This document shows, piece after piece, positions 9,724 through 21,569 of a stretch of DNA of 64,000 bases; the first letter of the stretch is position 1, and each line of letters opens with the position of its first letter. Below the pieces are notes generated by a model that did no database searches, was not told the DNA's origin, and saw only the letters and a program-made list of their open reading frames with translations. Source of the stretch: Pedobacter sp. (lineage in GTDB: Bacteria > Desulfobacterota > Desulfuromonadia > Desulfuromonadales > Syntrophotaleaceae); NCBI GenBank assembly GCA_050253415.1, contig JBFWJC010000002.1, positions 192,001 through 256,000 on the forward strand, written 5' to 3'. The translations under genes and the position numbers were made by a program.

Positions 9724-9828
9724 CCAGCCCATCGCTACACGGTATTTCGGCCAGTTTTTAGGCGTTTTTGTAGACCAAAAACATAGTTAAACAACCGAAA
9801 TAAAAAAGAAAACGCGTAGCTATTCCGT

Positions 9829-9904
9829 TCCCTGGTAGCTCAGTTGGTAGAGCAGGCGGCTGTTAACCGCCTTGTCGCAGGTTCGAGTCCTGCCCGGGGA
9901 GCCA
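9829..9904 (+). tRNA. tRNA-Asn (GTT)
   Basis: 76 nt; acceptor TCCCTGG/CCGGGGA, D-arm GCTCagttggtaGAGC, anticodon stem GGCGG-ctGTTaa-CCGCC, T-arm GCAGGTTCGAGTCCTGC, encoded CCA. Confidence 0.98.
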
Positions 9905-9911
9905 AAAATTC

Positions 9912-9949
9912 AAGAGGGTTACGGAATGTCTTCCGTAACCCTCTTTTTT
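9912..9949. terminator. Intrinsic terminator, probably bidirectional
   Basis: 15-bp stem AAGAGGGTTACGGAA/TTCCGTAACCCTCTT plus T-run, between tRNA and the convergent gene. Confidence 0.9.
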
Positions 9950-9951
9950 GT

Positions 9952-12900
9952 TCAGCCAACCCCTTCATTGTCTGCCCCTGTTCTTCTCAGGTTAGCTTTT
10001 GAAGAGTCTTTGTTCTTTCCCTTTGCCTCTCCTGTCTCGGGTTCACCTGCAGTCCTTATCAGCGATTTGTTGCCGCTTAAGAGTTCCGTGATCTCCTCGG
10101 CCGGCAGTGGTCGGCTAATCAGGAAACCCTGAATCTCGTCACAACCGGCTTCGCGCAGAAATTCCAGCTGGTCATGATTTTCCACCCCTTCGGCAATGAC
10201 TTGAAGGTTGAGGCCGTGGGCCATTTGAATGATATGCCGGGCGATGTTCGCTTCGTTATTGCTGAAGGGCAGGTTCTGCACGAAGGCCCGGTCTATTTTC
10301 AGGTGGTCCGCGGGCAGGTCCTTGAGGTAGCTGAGGGAAGAAAACCCTGTGCCGAAGTCATCGATGGAGATGGTGATCCCTACCGCACGGAGCGTGCGCA
10401 AGGTCTCAAAGGCTTCGTGCATGTTGTGCATGATGACCGATTCGGTGATTTCCAGATTGAGATATTTGGGAGGCAGATCGCATTCCTTGAGTACCTGCAT
10501 CACCAGTTCGGCAAAGTCCTTTTTCTGCAGTTGATGGGCCGAGACGTTGATCCCCAGCCGCATCGGCGGAAAACCGGCATCGAGCCATGTTTTGAGCTGG
10601 TAACAGCCGGCCTGCAGGACCCATTCGCCCATGGGCACGATGAGCCCGGTCTCTTCGGCCAGGGGGACGAAGACTGAGGGGGCAATCAGGTTGCCGACCG
10701 GATGTTCCCACCGTACCAACCCCTCCAGTCCGGATATGTGGCCGTCTTTAAGATTGATCTGCGGTTGATAATGCACGCGCAATTCCTGTCGCTCGAACAT
10801 GCGGCGCAGACTGCTTTCCATGGCCATTCTTTCCAGTGCGCGGGAATTCATGGATGAGCTGTAGAACTGGAAATTGTTTCGGCCAAGATCCTTGGCCCGG
10901 TACAGGGCGGTATCGGCATTTTTGACCAGCGCGGTGGTTTCGCTCCCGTCCTTGGGATAAATAGCGATGCCGATGCTGCATGACATGAAGGCTTCATGGC
11001 CGTTGATGTCATACGGCCATGCCAGAGTCTTGAGAATTTTATGCGCCACCAGTTCGATCTCTTCTTCATGGCTCGTCTGGGTCAACAGGATATTGAATTC
11101 ATCACCGCCGAAACGACTTACGGTGTCGGTTTCCCGTAGACATGTTTCAAGACGCTTGCCGACTTCCTTGAGGGCTGTATCACCAGCCGTATGGCCGAGG
11201 GAATCGTTGATGGTTTTAAAACGGTCCAGATCGAGAAACATTACCGTGAAGCATTCGTGATGGCGGTGGGCACGTGCTATGGCCTGGTTGAGGCGATCCA
11301 TGAACAGCAGGCGATTGGGCAATCCGGTCAGCGGGTCGTGAAAGGCGAGGTGCTCGATAGTCTTTTCGGCCTCCTTGCGTTCGGTGATATCAAGCAGGCT
11401 TCCGATCAGGGCCGGTTGCCCGTCGCTTATGCCCCGTCCGATGAGAACCTCGACATGGATCGCGTCTCCGTTCTTGCGCAAGCCGACAAATTCGTAACGC
11501 AAATGGTTGGCTTGGGTACCCTCGAGGATTTTAAGATTGTTGGCGGAGACGAACAACTGGTCGTCGGGGTGGACCAATTGCGGTTGATTCTCAGCCTTGG
11601 TAATCTCGTCGGAGGTATAACCGAAAATTTCAGCAAAGCGTGGATTGACATAACTGTAACGATGGTGCTGGTAGACGAAGATGCCGACCAGGCTGTTTTC
11701 AATGAGCAGTTGGTAACGGCTTTCGGCCGCATCGATGTTGTCGATCAGTTCCTGAATCCTGTGTCGCTGGTGTTTTTCTTTTTCGAGTTGCCGGGCGGTT
11801 TTTTCCAGTTGACGGTTGGAGGTGAAAGCCTCCCAGCGGTGTTGTGCCAGTAGGTTTTCGAGGGTGTCCGTATTGCGTTGCCGCTGATTTTCCAGTTCCT
11901 TATAGCAACTGGCCAGCGCCTGGGCTGCCTGCTGGCAATGCCGGGTCAGGTCGTAAACCTCCGTGCTGGATGCCGTGGGCCAGGTGGGAACGGCTCCGGC
12001 ACGGGCTTTTTCCGGCAAGTCGCTGGTGGCGGTTGCCAGCTTCTTGATCGGGTGAATAATTTTTTTGTGCACGCGGAAGGCCATGCCCAGGGCAATGAGA
12101 CAGGGGAGCAGCATCAGAGCCATACTGCCCAGGAGCATGCGGTGGATATGCTTGTGCAGAAGCGTACTTGGCACACTCAACACCAGTTGTGGAGGTGTGA
12201 AATTTTGCGTTTGCGGCTGGGCGGGTAGTTGCAGTTGCATCCGGCCAACACGCTCCGCTTGTGGATCCCAAAGAAGAAATTGTTGATCGTCCGGGATTGG
12301 GTCGAACAGAGTTGCCGTGAGCAGGTCTGATGCATGCCATTCAGGGGTGCTGCTGACCACAATCCGGTTGTTCCCATTGACCAGCAGGGCCGCGGAGTTT
12401 TTTTCTTCCCCTATGGCCAGCAGGCTTTTGTAGTTTTGCGGATCAATGGTGGCCAGGGCAAGTCCGACGGGGGTTCCGTCCTTGGTTAACGGGCATGCAA
12501 GACAGAGTAAACTTTCGTTTTTCATCGTTGGTATGGTGAAGGTCAGCAACGACGGACCGGTTTGTCGTGCAAGGGTTTTTATTTCGTCTGTCGAAATCGC
12601 TATGAATGCGTTGGCCACTTGTTTTTCGCAAGCCGCCGACCATCTGTTGAGTAGAAGGTTGCCGCTGCTATCCCACACCGCAACTTGGAGCACATACTTT
12701 TCCTTTTGCAGTAAGCGGGCGAGCCTGGTCTCCAGACACTCCCGTTGGGGACCGTTGGCTGTCAATCCGGCCAGTTTATTCGCGAGTTCAGCATGAAATG
12801 TGTTCATGCCATGTTGAATGGTCCGGCAGTGTTTGGCTAATTCTGCTTCGATGCCGGGGTGAATAAAGTCGCGCGGGCCTGGCAGGTTAAGGGCCAGAAT

Positions 12901-13419
12901 GAGTAACCCGGGGATCAGGAAGGCTCCGGATACGGTATTGATCTCGGACTCCAGAAAAGACACGGTCGAGGGCGGAAACAGCCGTTTGCGTTGGAATGCA
13001 TACAACAGCAGACTGGCCAGTGCGGCATTGCCAAGGCCGTTGAGCGTCGTCCAGCCGATGGTATTTATCAGGGCGGTATTCGGATAGTGCAGAAGAAAGC
13101 CGTAAATTAAATACTGAATGGGCAAGGCCAGCAATCCCCAGAATATCAGAGAGGCTTCCGGCAGGCTTTTTACCCCGTGTCGCAGGAACATGCCGATGAG
13201 CAGGGCTTCTGCTACCCACAGCAAATCAGGTATTGCCGCATGCCCCAGAGTCAATGCAAAAAGGGGTGTCATTGTGGCGGCAAGTGCCCCCCACCCGGTA
13301 CCGTACAGTCGCACGATGATCAATACGGGGATGCCGGCCAGCAGGATGCGCCCCTGGGGTAAAAAGGTCAGAGGGAGGATGTTGCCTATGAAGGCAGCGA
13401 GATAAAGGATTCCAAGCAT
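9952..13419 (-). CDS. Membrane-bound PAS-GGDEF-EAL diguanylate cyclase/phosphodiesterase
   Basis: N-terminal TM helices, Cache/HAMP-like region, PAS, 'HDPLTGLPNR', RETD I-site, GGDEF, EGL variant of EAL, DDFGTG. Confidence 0.95.
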   Translation of the reverse strand: MLGILYLAAFIGNILPLTFLPQGRILLAGIPVLIIVRLYGTGWGALAATMTPLFALTLGHAAIPDLLWVAEALLIGMFLRHGVKSLPEASLIFWGLLALPIQYLIYGFLLHYPNTALINTIGWTTLNGLGNAALASLLLYAFQRKRLFPPSTVSFLESEINTVSGAFLIPGLLILALNLPGPRDFIHPGIEAELAKHCRTIQHGMNTFHAELANKLAGLTANGPQRECLETRLARLLQKEKYVLQVAVWDSSGNLLLNRWSAACEKQVANAFIAISTDEIKTLARQTGPSLLTFTIPTMKNESLLCLACPLTKDGTPVGLALATIDPQNYKSLLAIGEEKNSAALLVNGNNRIVVSSTPEWHASDLLTATLFDPIPDDQQFLLWDPQAERVGRMQLQLPAQPQTQNFTPPQLVLSVPSTLLHKHIHRMLLGSMALMLLPCLIALGMAFRVHKKIIHPIKKLATATSDLPEKARAGAVPTWPTASSTEVYDLTRHCQQAAQALASCYKELENQRQRNTDTLENLLAQHRWEAFTSNRQLEKTARQLEKEKHQRHRIQELIDNIDAAESRYQLLIENSLVGIFVYQHHRYSYVNPRFAEIFGYTSDEITKAENQPQLVHPDDQLFVSANNLKILEGTQANHLRYEFVGLRKNGDAIHVEVLIGRGISDGQPALIGSLLDITERKEAEKTIEHLAFHDPLTGLPNRLLFMDRLNQAIARAHRHHECFTVMFLDLDRFKTINDSLGHTAGDTALKEVGKRLETCLRETDTVSRFGGDEFNILLTQTSHEEEIELVAHKILKTLAWPYDINGHEAFMSCSIGIAIYPKDGSETTALVKNADTALYRAKDLGRNNFQFYSSSMNSRALERMAMESSLRRMFERQELRVHYQPQINLKDGHISGLEGLVRWEHPVGNLIAPSVFVPLAEETGLIVPMGEWVLQAGCYQLKTWLDAGFPPMRLGINVSAHQLQKKDFAELVMQVLKECDLPPKYLNLEITESVIMHNMHEAFETLRTLRAVGITISIDDFGTGFSSLSYLKDLPADHLKIDRAFVQNLPFSNNEANIARHIIQMAHGLNLQVIAEGVENHDQLEFLREAGCDEIQGFLISRPLPAEEITELLSGNKSLIRTAGEPETGEAKGKNKDSSKANLRRTGADNEGVG

Positions 13420-13767
13420 GAAAACTCAGGACCTCCAGCGGACTCACATGGTGAGCTGCTTTTCAGGCAGCCGGGCTGCAGCTGAATTTAAGTCAAAATA
13501 TATGTTTACCAGGGGCGGTTGCACGAGAGTGCAGGTGAAAACATACCATTACACGTGTAAACTATAACAAGAGGTTGCAAGCTTGGGGCATATGTCGATG
13601 ATTTTTTTTTAACCTGAGGGGCTAAGGCTGGTGGGCAGGTTTAAAATCTAAGGCCGAAGATACGAAAAAGCTTGGAGAGTTTGCACTTCAGGTATAATAT
13701 AACCAAAAAGGTAATAAATGTTCTCCGGAAGCGTCTTCTGTTTCTCATCGCGAAGAAGGAGGCTCTT

Positions 13768-14043
13768 ATGCGCATCGACATTATTTGCAAACCGGACTGT
13801 GACAATCATTGTCGCGAAGCACTGTCCAATGTACGCCAAGCCCTGGACCAGATGAGGCTTGATGCCGAGGTTCATCTTTATCAGGATACGCGCAAGATGA
13901 TCGATAACCGGGTGTATGTCACTCCGGCACTGATGCTGGATGACGTGGTGCGGATTGCAGGACGGGTGCCCGACGTGCTGGAGATCAAGTCTCTGATTGC
14001 CGAACGGGCGAGGTACATGCGGCGCCTGCGCGATGCCGTGTAA
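13768..14043 (+). CDS. Small thioredoxin-fold protein (Thioredoxin_3-like)
   Basis: RBS aaggagg; 'MRIDIICKPDCDNHC..VYVTPALMLDDVVRIAGRVP'. Confidence 0.75.
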   Translation: MRIDIICKPDCDNHCREALSNVRQALDQMRLDAEVHLYQDTRKMIDNRVYVTPALMLDDVVRIAGRVPDVLEIKSLIAERARYMRRLRDAV

Positions 14044-14069
14044 GTTCAGGGTAAAGGCGAGGTGGTGTG

Positions 14070-14606
14070 TTACTTGGCCTTGGCGCGCAGTTTTGGCTTG
14101 CCGTTCTCGATGACGACCCGAAACTCGACCTCCTGCTTGCCATAACGTTCCTGGATCTGGCATTTTTGGCGATCCAGGAAGTTGGCGAACTGGTTGCGAT
14201 CGGGTGGTGGTGTGCTCAGGGAGCATTCGCGATGGGCCTTTACCAGACTGTCATAGAGTTCGTCTGTTGGATTGATGCTGCGCAGGGCGGCATCGGGGGG
14301 GCGCTGAGAACCTCTGCGGTCCAGATGCCGCTGGTATTTGCCCTCATCCATGAGACGCAGGATGCGGTTCCAGTGAGTCGCGTAGGTGTGGTAACGGGTT
14401 GACAGGGTTTCAAAACGGAAGCGGTGGTCGGTTTTGATGATCCGCCGCGTCGAAAGAGCCCTTATCTTTCTCTCCAGTTCCGTGCGTTGTTTGAGCGGTT
14501 CCCGTTTTTCCTCCCCCGAAAAGTAACGTTCGTAGAGCAATTCGAGTTCGCGCAGATCTGCACCGAGGTCGTCGAGTTTTTTCTGAAATATTTTACGGTC
14601 GTCCAT
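14070..14606 (-). CDS. Conserved deltaproteobacterial protein (MXAN_5187 C-terminal-like)
   Basis: 'YERYFSGEEKREP', 'VEFRVVIENGKPKLRA'; RBS ggag before ATG 14606. Confidence 0.7.
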   Translation of the reverse strand: MDDRKIFQKKLDDLGADLRELELLYERYFSGEEKREPLKQRTELERKIRALSTRRIIKTDHRFRFETLSTRYHTYATHWNRILRLMDEGKYQRHLDRRGSQRPPDAALRSINPTDELYDSLVKAHRECSLSTPPPDRNQFANFLDRQKCQIQERYGKQEVEFRVVIENGKPKLRAKAK

Positions 14607-14748
14607 ATATTCTCCATTGCAGAGGCCTAATTCTACTTGTAAACTTCCCTCAATGCAAAGATTTTCCGTCGAGTCAGCTCCGGGCAATTCTTGACTCACG
14701 CTCTTGTTTGCCGGATAATGACGCCGATTTTCGCCTCGGAGGTTTGAA

Positions 14749-16143
14749 ATGAAACACGAAAAGCTTGCCGCTGTCATTCTGGCCGCTGGTAAAGGTACGC
14801 GCATGAAATCGGCACAGCCCAAGGTCGTACATCCGATAGCGGGACGGCCGATGGTGACTTTTCCCGTGGACCGGGCCCGGCAGCTCGGCTGTCAGCCGAC
14901 GGTGCTGGTGGTCGGGCACGGCGCGGAGACAGTCCAGTCCCTGTTGGCCGACAGTCCGGTGAGCTTTGCGGTGCAATCCGAGCAACTGGGCACCGGCCAT
15001 GCCTTGCTGTGTGCCCGCGAGGCGCTGCAGGGGTTTTCCGGTACCTTGTTGCTATTGTGCGGGGATGTGCCGTTGCTGCGCGACGAAACTCTGGAACAAC
15101 TGATCGAGGCGCACGAAAAAAACCGTGCGGCGGTGACCGTGCTGACGGCGGAATTGGCGAATCCTTTCGGATACGGCCGGGTGTTGCGCCAGGGGGACGA
15201 AGTCCTCGGCATTGTCGAGCAAAAAGATGCCACTGTCGAGCAACAAGCGATTCGAGAGATCAATACCGGCATCTATGCCTTCGAGGCACCGTTCGTGTTC
15301 GAGGCGCTGGATGGTGTTGGCTGCGACAATGCGCAGCGTGAATATTACCTGACCGACGTGCTGGCCGCGGCGCGCACCGCCGGGCGCCGGGTCGGTGCTG
15401 TGGTGTTGGCGGACGCCGACGAAGCCATGGGGATCAACGATCGGGTGCAACTGGCACAGGCCTCGGCAGTCATGCGGCGCCGCATCAACGAAGGTCTCAT
15501 GCGCGCCGGTGTTACCCTGATTGACCCCGAACAGACCTATATCGAACCGCAGGTGGAAATCGGAACCGATACCGTCGTTTACCCCGGTGTTTGCCTGGGC
15601 GGCGCCACGCGCATCGGCAGCGGCTGCCTCATCGAGGCGCAGGTGAGCATCCGCGATTGCCAGCTGGACGATAACATTCACGTCAAAGCCGGTTCGGTGC
15701 TGGAAGGTTCCCAGGTCGGGTCGGAGACCGCCATCGGTCCCATGGCGCATCTGCGCCCCGGTACCGTGCTGGCCGGGCACAACAAGATCGGCAACTTTGT
15801 CGAAACCAAAAAGTCCCACATCGGCCTGGGCTCCAAAGCCAGCCACCTGACCTATATCGGCGATGCCGAGCTGGGCGCCAACGTCAACATCGGTTGCGGG
15901 ACCATCACCTGCAACTACGATGGCGTCAGCAAGCACAAGACCATCATCGAGGACGACGTTTTCGTTGGCAGCGACACCCAGTTCGTGGCGCCGGTGCGCA
16001 TCGGCCGCAACAGCCTGATCGGTGCCGGTTCGACCATCACCAAGGATGTGCCGGCCAACGCCCTGGCCCTGTCCCGCAGCCAGCAGAAAGTGGTTGCGGA
16101 CTGGCGCTTGCGGCACGATCCCAAGTGCAAGAATAAAGACTGA
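14749..16143 (+). CDS. glmU: Bifunctional UDP-GlcNAc pyrophosphorylase/GlcN-1-P acetyltransferase
   Basis: LAAGKGTRMKS, EQLGTGHA, hexapeptide repeats, GNFVETK, HLTYIGD, CNYDG. Confidence 0.99.
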   Translation: MKHEKLAAVILAAGKGTRMKSAQPKVVHPIAGRPMVTFPVDRARQLGCQPTVLVVGHGAETVQSLLADSPVSFAVQSEQLGTGHALLCAREALQGFSGTLLLLCGDVPLLRDETLEQLIEAHEKNRAAVTVLTAELANPFGYGRVLRQGDEVLGIVEQKDATVEQQAIREINTGIYAFEAPFVFEALDGVGCDNAQREYYLTDVLAAARTAGRRVGAVVLADADEAMGINDRVQLAQASAVMRRRINEGLMRAGVTLIDPEQTYIEPQVEIGTDTVVYPGVCLGGATRIGSGCLIEAQVSIRDCQLDDNIHVKAGSVLEGSQVGSETAIGPMAHLRPGTVLAGHNKIGNFVETKKSHIGLGSKASHLTYIGDAELGANVNIGCGTITCNYDGVSKHKTIIEDDVFVGSDTQFVAPVRIGRNSLIGAGSTITKDVPANALALSRSQQKVVADWRLRHDPKCKNKD

Positions 16144-16205
16144 TGCACCAGGGTCCGGCGTCCGGCCGGGCCTTTTTGCTTTGAGATAACATAGAGGAAT
16201 CTGCC

Positions 16206-18035
<1,830 letters not shown>

Positions 18036-18049
18036 TCCCGGTTCCAGAT

Positions 18050-18095
18050 AAAAACAAAAGGCCCGCCTGGTAACAGGGCGGGCCTTTTGTTTTTT
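18050..18095. terminator. Bidirectional intrinsic terminator after glmS
   Basis: AAAACAAAAGGCCCGCC..GGCGGGCCTTTTGTTTT. Confidence 0.9.
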
Positions 18096-18128
18096 GGGAC
18101 AATTTTCTGCTATCCCAGCATGTGAAAA

Positions 18129-19694
18129 CTAGTTCTCGGTGTTTTGTACCAGAACATGCCATTTGGGACGCTGCCATGACGCGCGAAAAGCTTCCACATC
18201 CGATGCCGCGGCCACGGCTTCTTTTTCATGCCCATCCAGAAAAACAACCAGATCCATTTGCTGCCTGTCGGTACCGAAGCTCTTGTCAAACTGCCGGACA
18301 AACGCATTGGCCGGGGTGATCATCTGTCCCATGACATTTTCGAGGGGCAGATCAAGCCCTTGTTTTCTCTCTCCCGGCAAATACGATTTGACGACCAACT
18401 CGGTGCACACCAGGCTCTGATCGCTGGCGAAATCAAAGGCATAGTCATACGGGCGGGCATGATACCGCATGGCACGTACCACTGCTGCGGCCCGGTCCGC
18501 CTTGGATAATCGGGGTCTCAATACCGCCAGGGAATCGCAGGTGGCGGAGTAGTTTAACGAGGTTAGAGATACCCCCGCAGAGATAGCCTCGATGACTTGG
18601 GGAAGATGCCCGTCATGATAGGGGCGCTGCATACCGGCAAAGGCGCCGGGATAACGTTGATTGATAAGGGCGTCCAGGCTCTGTACCCCCATCTGATTAA
18701 GCCAGTCTTTGACCTGGGGGTCTTGTGAAAGCGCCAGGCGTTGCTCGGGGGTGCCGATATACAGGGCTGCATGCGTCCAGAATCCAGGGATGCCGACATT
18801 GGTCAGGTACCACTCCCGGCGTTCCAATAAAATATCCCCCGGCTCCAGGGTTTGAGACAGGTCATCGATCTGCTCCGGCTGGATCAGGTAGTGATGAGGC
18901 CGCCATACCTTGGTATGCCCCATCCATTCCGCTACCCCTTTTTGCACCGGCAACCAGCTTGCGTGTCCGAAATCCTTGACGATTGCCAAGCCGTTTTCCA
19001 AGGTCATCATGGGGCCGGGACCTTTGCCGGCATCAAAGATGACCTGACTGTCCTGTTTGGCCCATTGCTTCATACGGGAATCCCGAGGCGCGTCAAAAGT
19101 ATGGGCCACCGCTTCCAGCGCCGCATAGCGTCCGGCTTTGACCACATTCAGGTATTGGTACTTGAATTGCGCATAAACCCCCGGAGGCAAGCCCATGGCC
19201 GCATCGCCTTCATTCAGAATCGTGTCGACCATCGGATTTTGTTCCAGTATGTGGAGGATTTCCAGGGCGACGCGGTATTGGGTTAAAAAGGTGCCGCGCG
19301 CCAGATGGAAAGCAGACCTTCTTTCCCCTGCATCCTTCAATTGATAAAACCCCATGTATTTTTCCGCCAGAGCATCCAGCGCCAGATAGTTTTCCAGTAG
19401 CGGATACCACAGCGACAGGATCTGCCCGCGCATTTCCGGACGCAGCAACGTGGCGTCGTTTTCGGAACGGGGGCCAAACAGGTCGGATCGCTGGCGGATT
19501 TCATCTGCCAATCGAAAAAGATTGCCGCGCAAGCGTGTGAATGCTGCCAGATCCTGGTCGTAAAAGGAACGGATGGAGGCAACGGAGGGATGACGGTCGA
19601 CTTCGGCCATAACGGGGCTGTTGAGACCGGTAACCAAAAATACAGCCAGCAGCACAATGGCCATTTTCCGGAAGATTATTGGTAAGGAGTGCAT
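18129..19694 (-). CDS. Secreted permuted papain-like (YiiX/YebB, NlpC/P60) hydrolase; start uncertain
   Basis: 'LEPGDILL', 'GFWTHAALY', 'VIEA', 'YDYAFD..LVCTELV' (His before Cys); signal-peptide-like N-terminus. Confidence 0.8.
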   Translation of the reverse strand: MHSLPIIFRKMAIVLLAVFLVTGLNSPVMAEVDRHPSVASIRSFYDQDLAAFTRLRGNLFRLADEIRQRSDLFGPRSENDATLLRPEMRGQILSLWYPLLENYLALDALAEKYMGFYQLKDAGERRSAFHLARGTFLTQYRVALEILHILEQNPMVDTILNEGDAAMGLPPGVYAQFKYQYLNVVKAGRYAALEAVAHTFDAPRDSRMKQWAKQDSQVIFDAGKGPGPMMTLENGLAIVKDFGHASWLPVQKGVAEWMGHTKVWRPHHYLIQPEQIDDLSQTLEPGDILLERREWYLTNVGIPGFWTHAALYIGTPEQRLALSQDPQVKDWLNQMGVQSLDALINQRYPGAFAGMQRPYHDGHLPQVIEAISAGVSLTSLNYSATCDSLAVLRPRLSKADRAAAVVRAMRYHARPYDYAFDFASDQSLVCTELVVKSYLPGERKQGLDLPLENVMGQMITPANAFVRQFDKSFGTDRQQMDLVVFLDGHEKEAVAAASDVEAFRASWQRPKWHVLVQNTEN

Positions 19695-20026
19695 GATTTC
19701 GTCTGCTTTCTGAAAATAGATTTTGCGCGTATGCATCTCATACCCGGTGCTGGCCTTTGCTTGCGTCGGGCATATTGAAATGATCGCAAAAGTAAAATTT
19801 AAGTAGATTCTTATGTAGCCCGCCGAGAGGGAACTTGTCAAGAATAGGGGGGGTCTAAGTGGAGTTATTTAAAGGATGGAAAGAACTATGTGTTAGAAAT
19901 CTTATCGTTGTTTAAAGTTCCGATAATTGTACGCGGAGGATTTTGTAAACAACGCGTCAATTTCTTACATATAAGTATCTGTCAGACTTTCGGAGAGATC
20001 CGGGCGTACAGATATTCAGCAACATT

Positions 20027-20707
20027 TCAATCGTTCTTCAGGCCAATCGGTTTAACGCACTCCTCTCCCTCATTTCCTGCTTTATTGACGTAATTAGAAA
20101 CAGGGTGCATGATTAGAATGCCTGCCCCCGCAGGATGCATCAAGGTCCGCAATCGTTCGATGTTTTGCTCTAGGGGGTCGAGCCAGACACCAAAATCTTC
20201 CCGCTCCAAAATGACGGGCATCCTGTCGTGCAACTTTGCCAGCGGCCCTGATGCTTCTGTGGTCAAAATTGTGCACGACTCAATAACAGTTTTTCCCTCC
20301 TTGTCTTCCCAGTGTTCCCATAAGCCAGCAAGGGCCATCGGCTTGTGATTGGACCGACAGATAAAAAACGGCTGCTTGGTTCCATCCTTCTTATCCCATT
20401 CATAAAAACCCGATGCGGGAATCAGGCACCGCCGCCTACGGAGTGCGGCACGGAAGGAAGGAGTTTTGTGGGCCGTTTCGGAGCGGGCATTGATAGTGCG
20501 ATAGCCTATCTTCGGATTGTCGGCCCAGAAAGGGATAAGTCCCCAGTGAAGAGGGACTAGCTGACGCTGGCCTTCTTCAATGCGCACTGCTGCAACATCC
20601 TGAGAGGGTGCGATATTGTATCGAGGCTCCAGGGGAAAAACTTTGCCCAAGTCGAAGTGCTCCCGAAGATCCTTGGATGAGAATGTCTGTGAAAAACGTC
20701 CACACAT
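20027..20707 (-). CDS. SOS response-associated peptidase (SRAP/YedK family)
   Basis: MCGRF start (catalytic Cys2), RYNIAP, INARSET, GFYEW, HDRMP. Confidence 0.95.
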   Translation of the reverse strand: MCGRFSQTFSSKDLREHFDLGKVFPLEPRYNIAPSQDVAAVRIEEGQRQLVPLHWGLIPFWADNPKIGYRTINARSETAHKTPSFRAALRRRRCLIPASGFYEWDKKDGTKQPFFICRSNHKPMALAGLWEHWEDKEGKTVIESCTILTTEASGPLAKLHDRMPVILEREDFGVWLDPLEQNIERLRTLMHPAGAGILIMHPVSNYVNKAGNEGEECVKPIGLKND

Positions 20708-20831
20708 GGCTATAGTCTATCATTTTCAGATAGACACCGAGATCTGAAATTGACTGAGTGGCGGTTTTCTTGCAGTCTGGAAACCATATTCTCAATTTTA
20801 TTCCAGCCTGGCTTTTTAAAGGAACTCAGCA

Positions 20832-21266
20832 ATGAAAACCGCCCATTCGTTAGCGTTTGCCCTTATTTTATTTTTTACCACCTCTGCCTTGGCCGCCCCC
20901 AAAATCTATGGTGACGCCGTGGTAGCCGAAATCACCAGCATTTATGACGGAGACACGTTCAGGGCCAACCTGCAAGGCTACCCGCCCATAGTCGGCGAAC
21001 GAATCGGTATCCGAATCAATGGCATTGACACGCCAGAAATGAGGGACAACCGAACGGCGATAAAGGCCTTGGCCAGGAAAGCGAAACAGTACACTGTTCA
21101 GCGGCTGCGCGAAGGCCGACAGATCGTCTTGCGGAACATGAAGCGCGGGAAGTATTTCCGGATTGTAGCTGATGTTTATGTTGACGGTAGCAACCTAGGT
21201 CAGGAATTGGTCAGTGCGGGATTGGCTAAACCATATGATGGTGGCAGCAAGCCGAAGTGGGAGTAA
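20832..21266 (+). CDS. Secreted thermonuclease (SNase family)
   Basis: Signal peptide; 'YDGDT..IRINGIDTPE..GKYFRIVADV..GLAKPY'. Confidence 0.92.
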   Translation: MKTAHSLAFALILFFTTSALAAPKIYGDAVVAEITSIYDGDTFRANLQGYPPIVGERIGIRINGIDTPEMRDNRTAIKALARKAKQYTVQRLREGRQIVLRNMKRGKYFRIVADVYVDGSNLGQELVSAGLAKPYDGGSKPKWE

Positions 21267-21569
21267 CTGATGGGTGTTTCTCACATTGCAGGGGATGTAA
21301 GAACCGCTGAAAAAGAACCGGCAACCAGCTCGAAAACAATCTGAGATAAAAAATGAGACAGTACTTCTATAGATTTGGTGTGCCTACAAAACTAGGGGCT
21401 ATTCCAACATCTGATCCGCGAGCAACAAACAGGCGGTATCCTGTATTGTTATCCAAAGCCTCCCCCCTATCGCTAATGTATTATCACCTGCAAAGTGAAA
21501 AAAGTTGCTGGACAGCGTGCCGCGGCAACCTTCTCATTCAGGTAGTTTTCTTTGAAAGAAACATATTTT

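Noticed and set aside
13420..13760. Cyclic dinucleotide (GEMM) riboswitch upstream of the GGDEF-EAL gene
   Set aside because: I could not find the GGCAAA..GAAA..GACGCAAAGC core on either strand.
18036..18128. Tn7 insertion at attTn7
   Set aside because: No Tn7-like end at the expected position, terminator intact, no tns genes.
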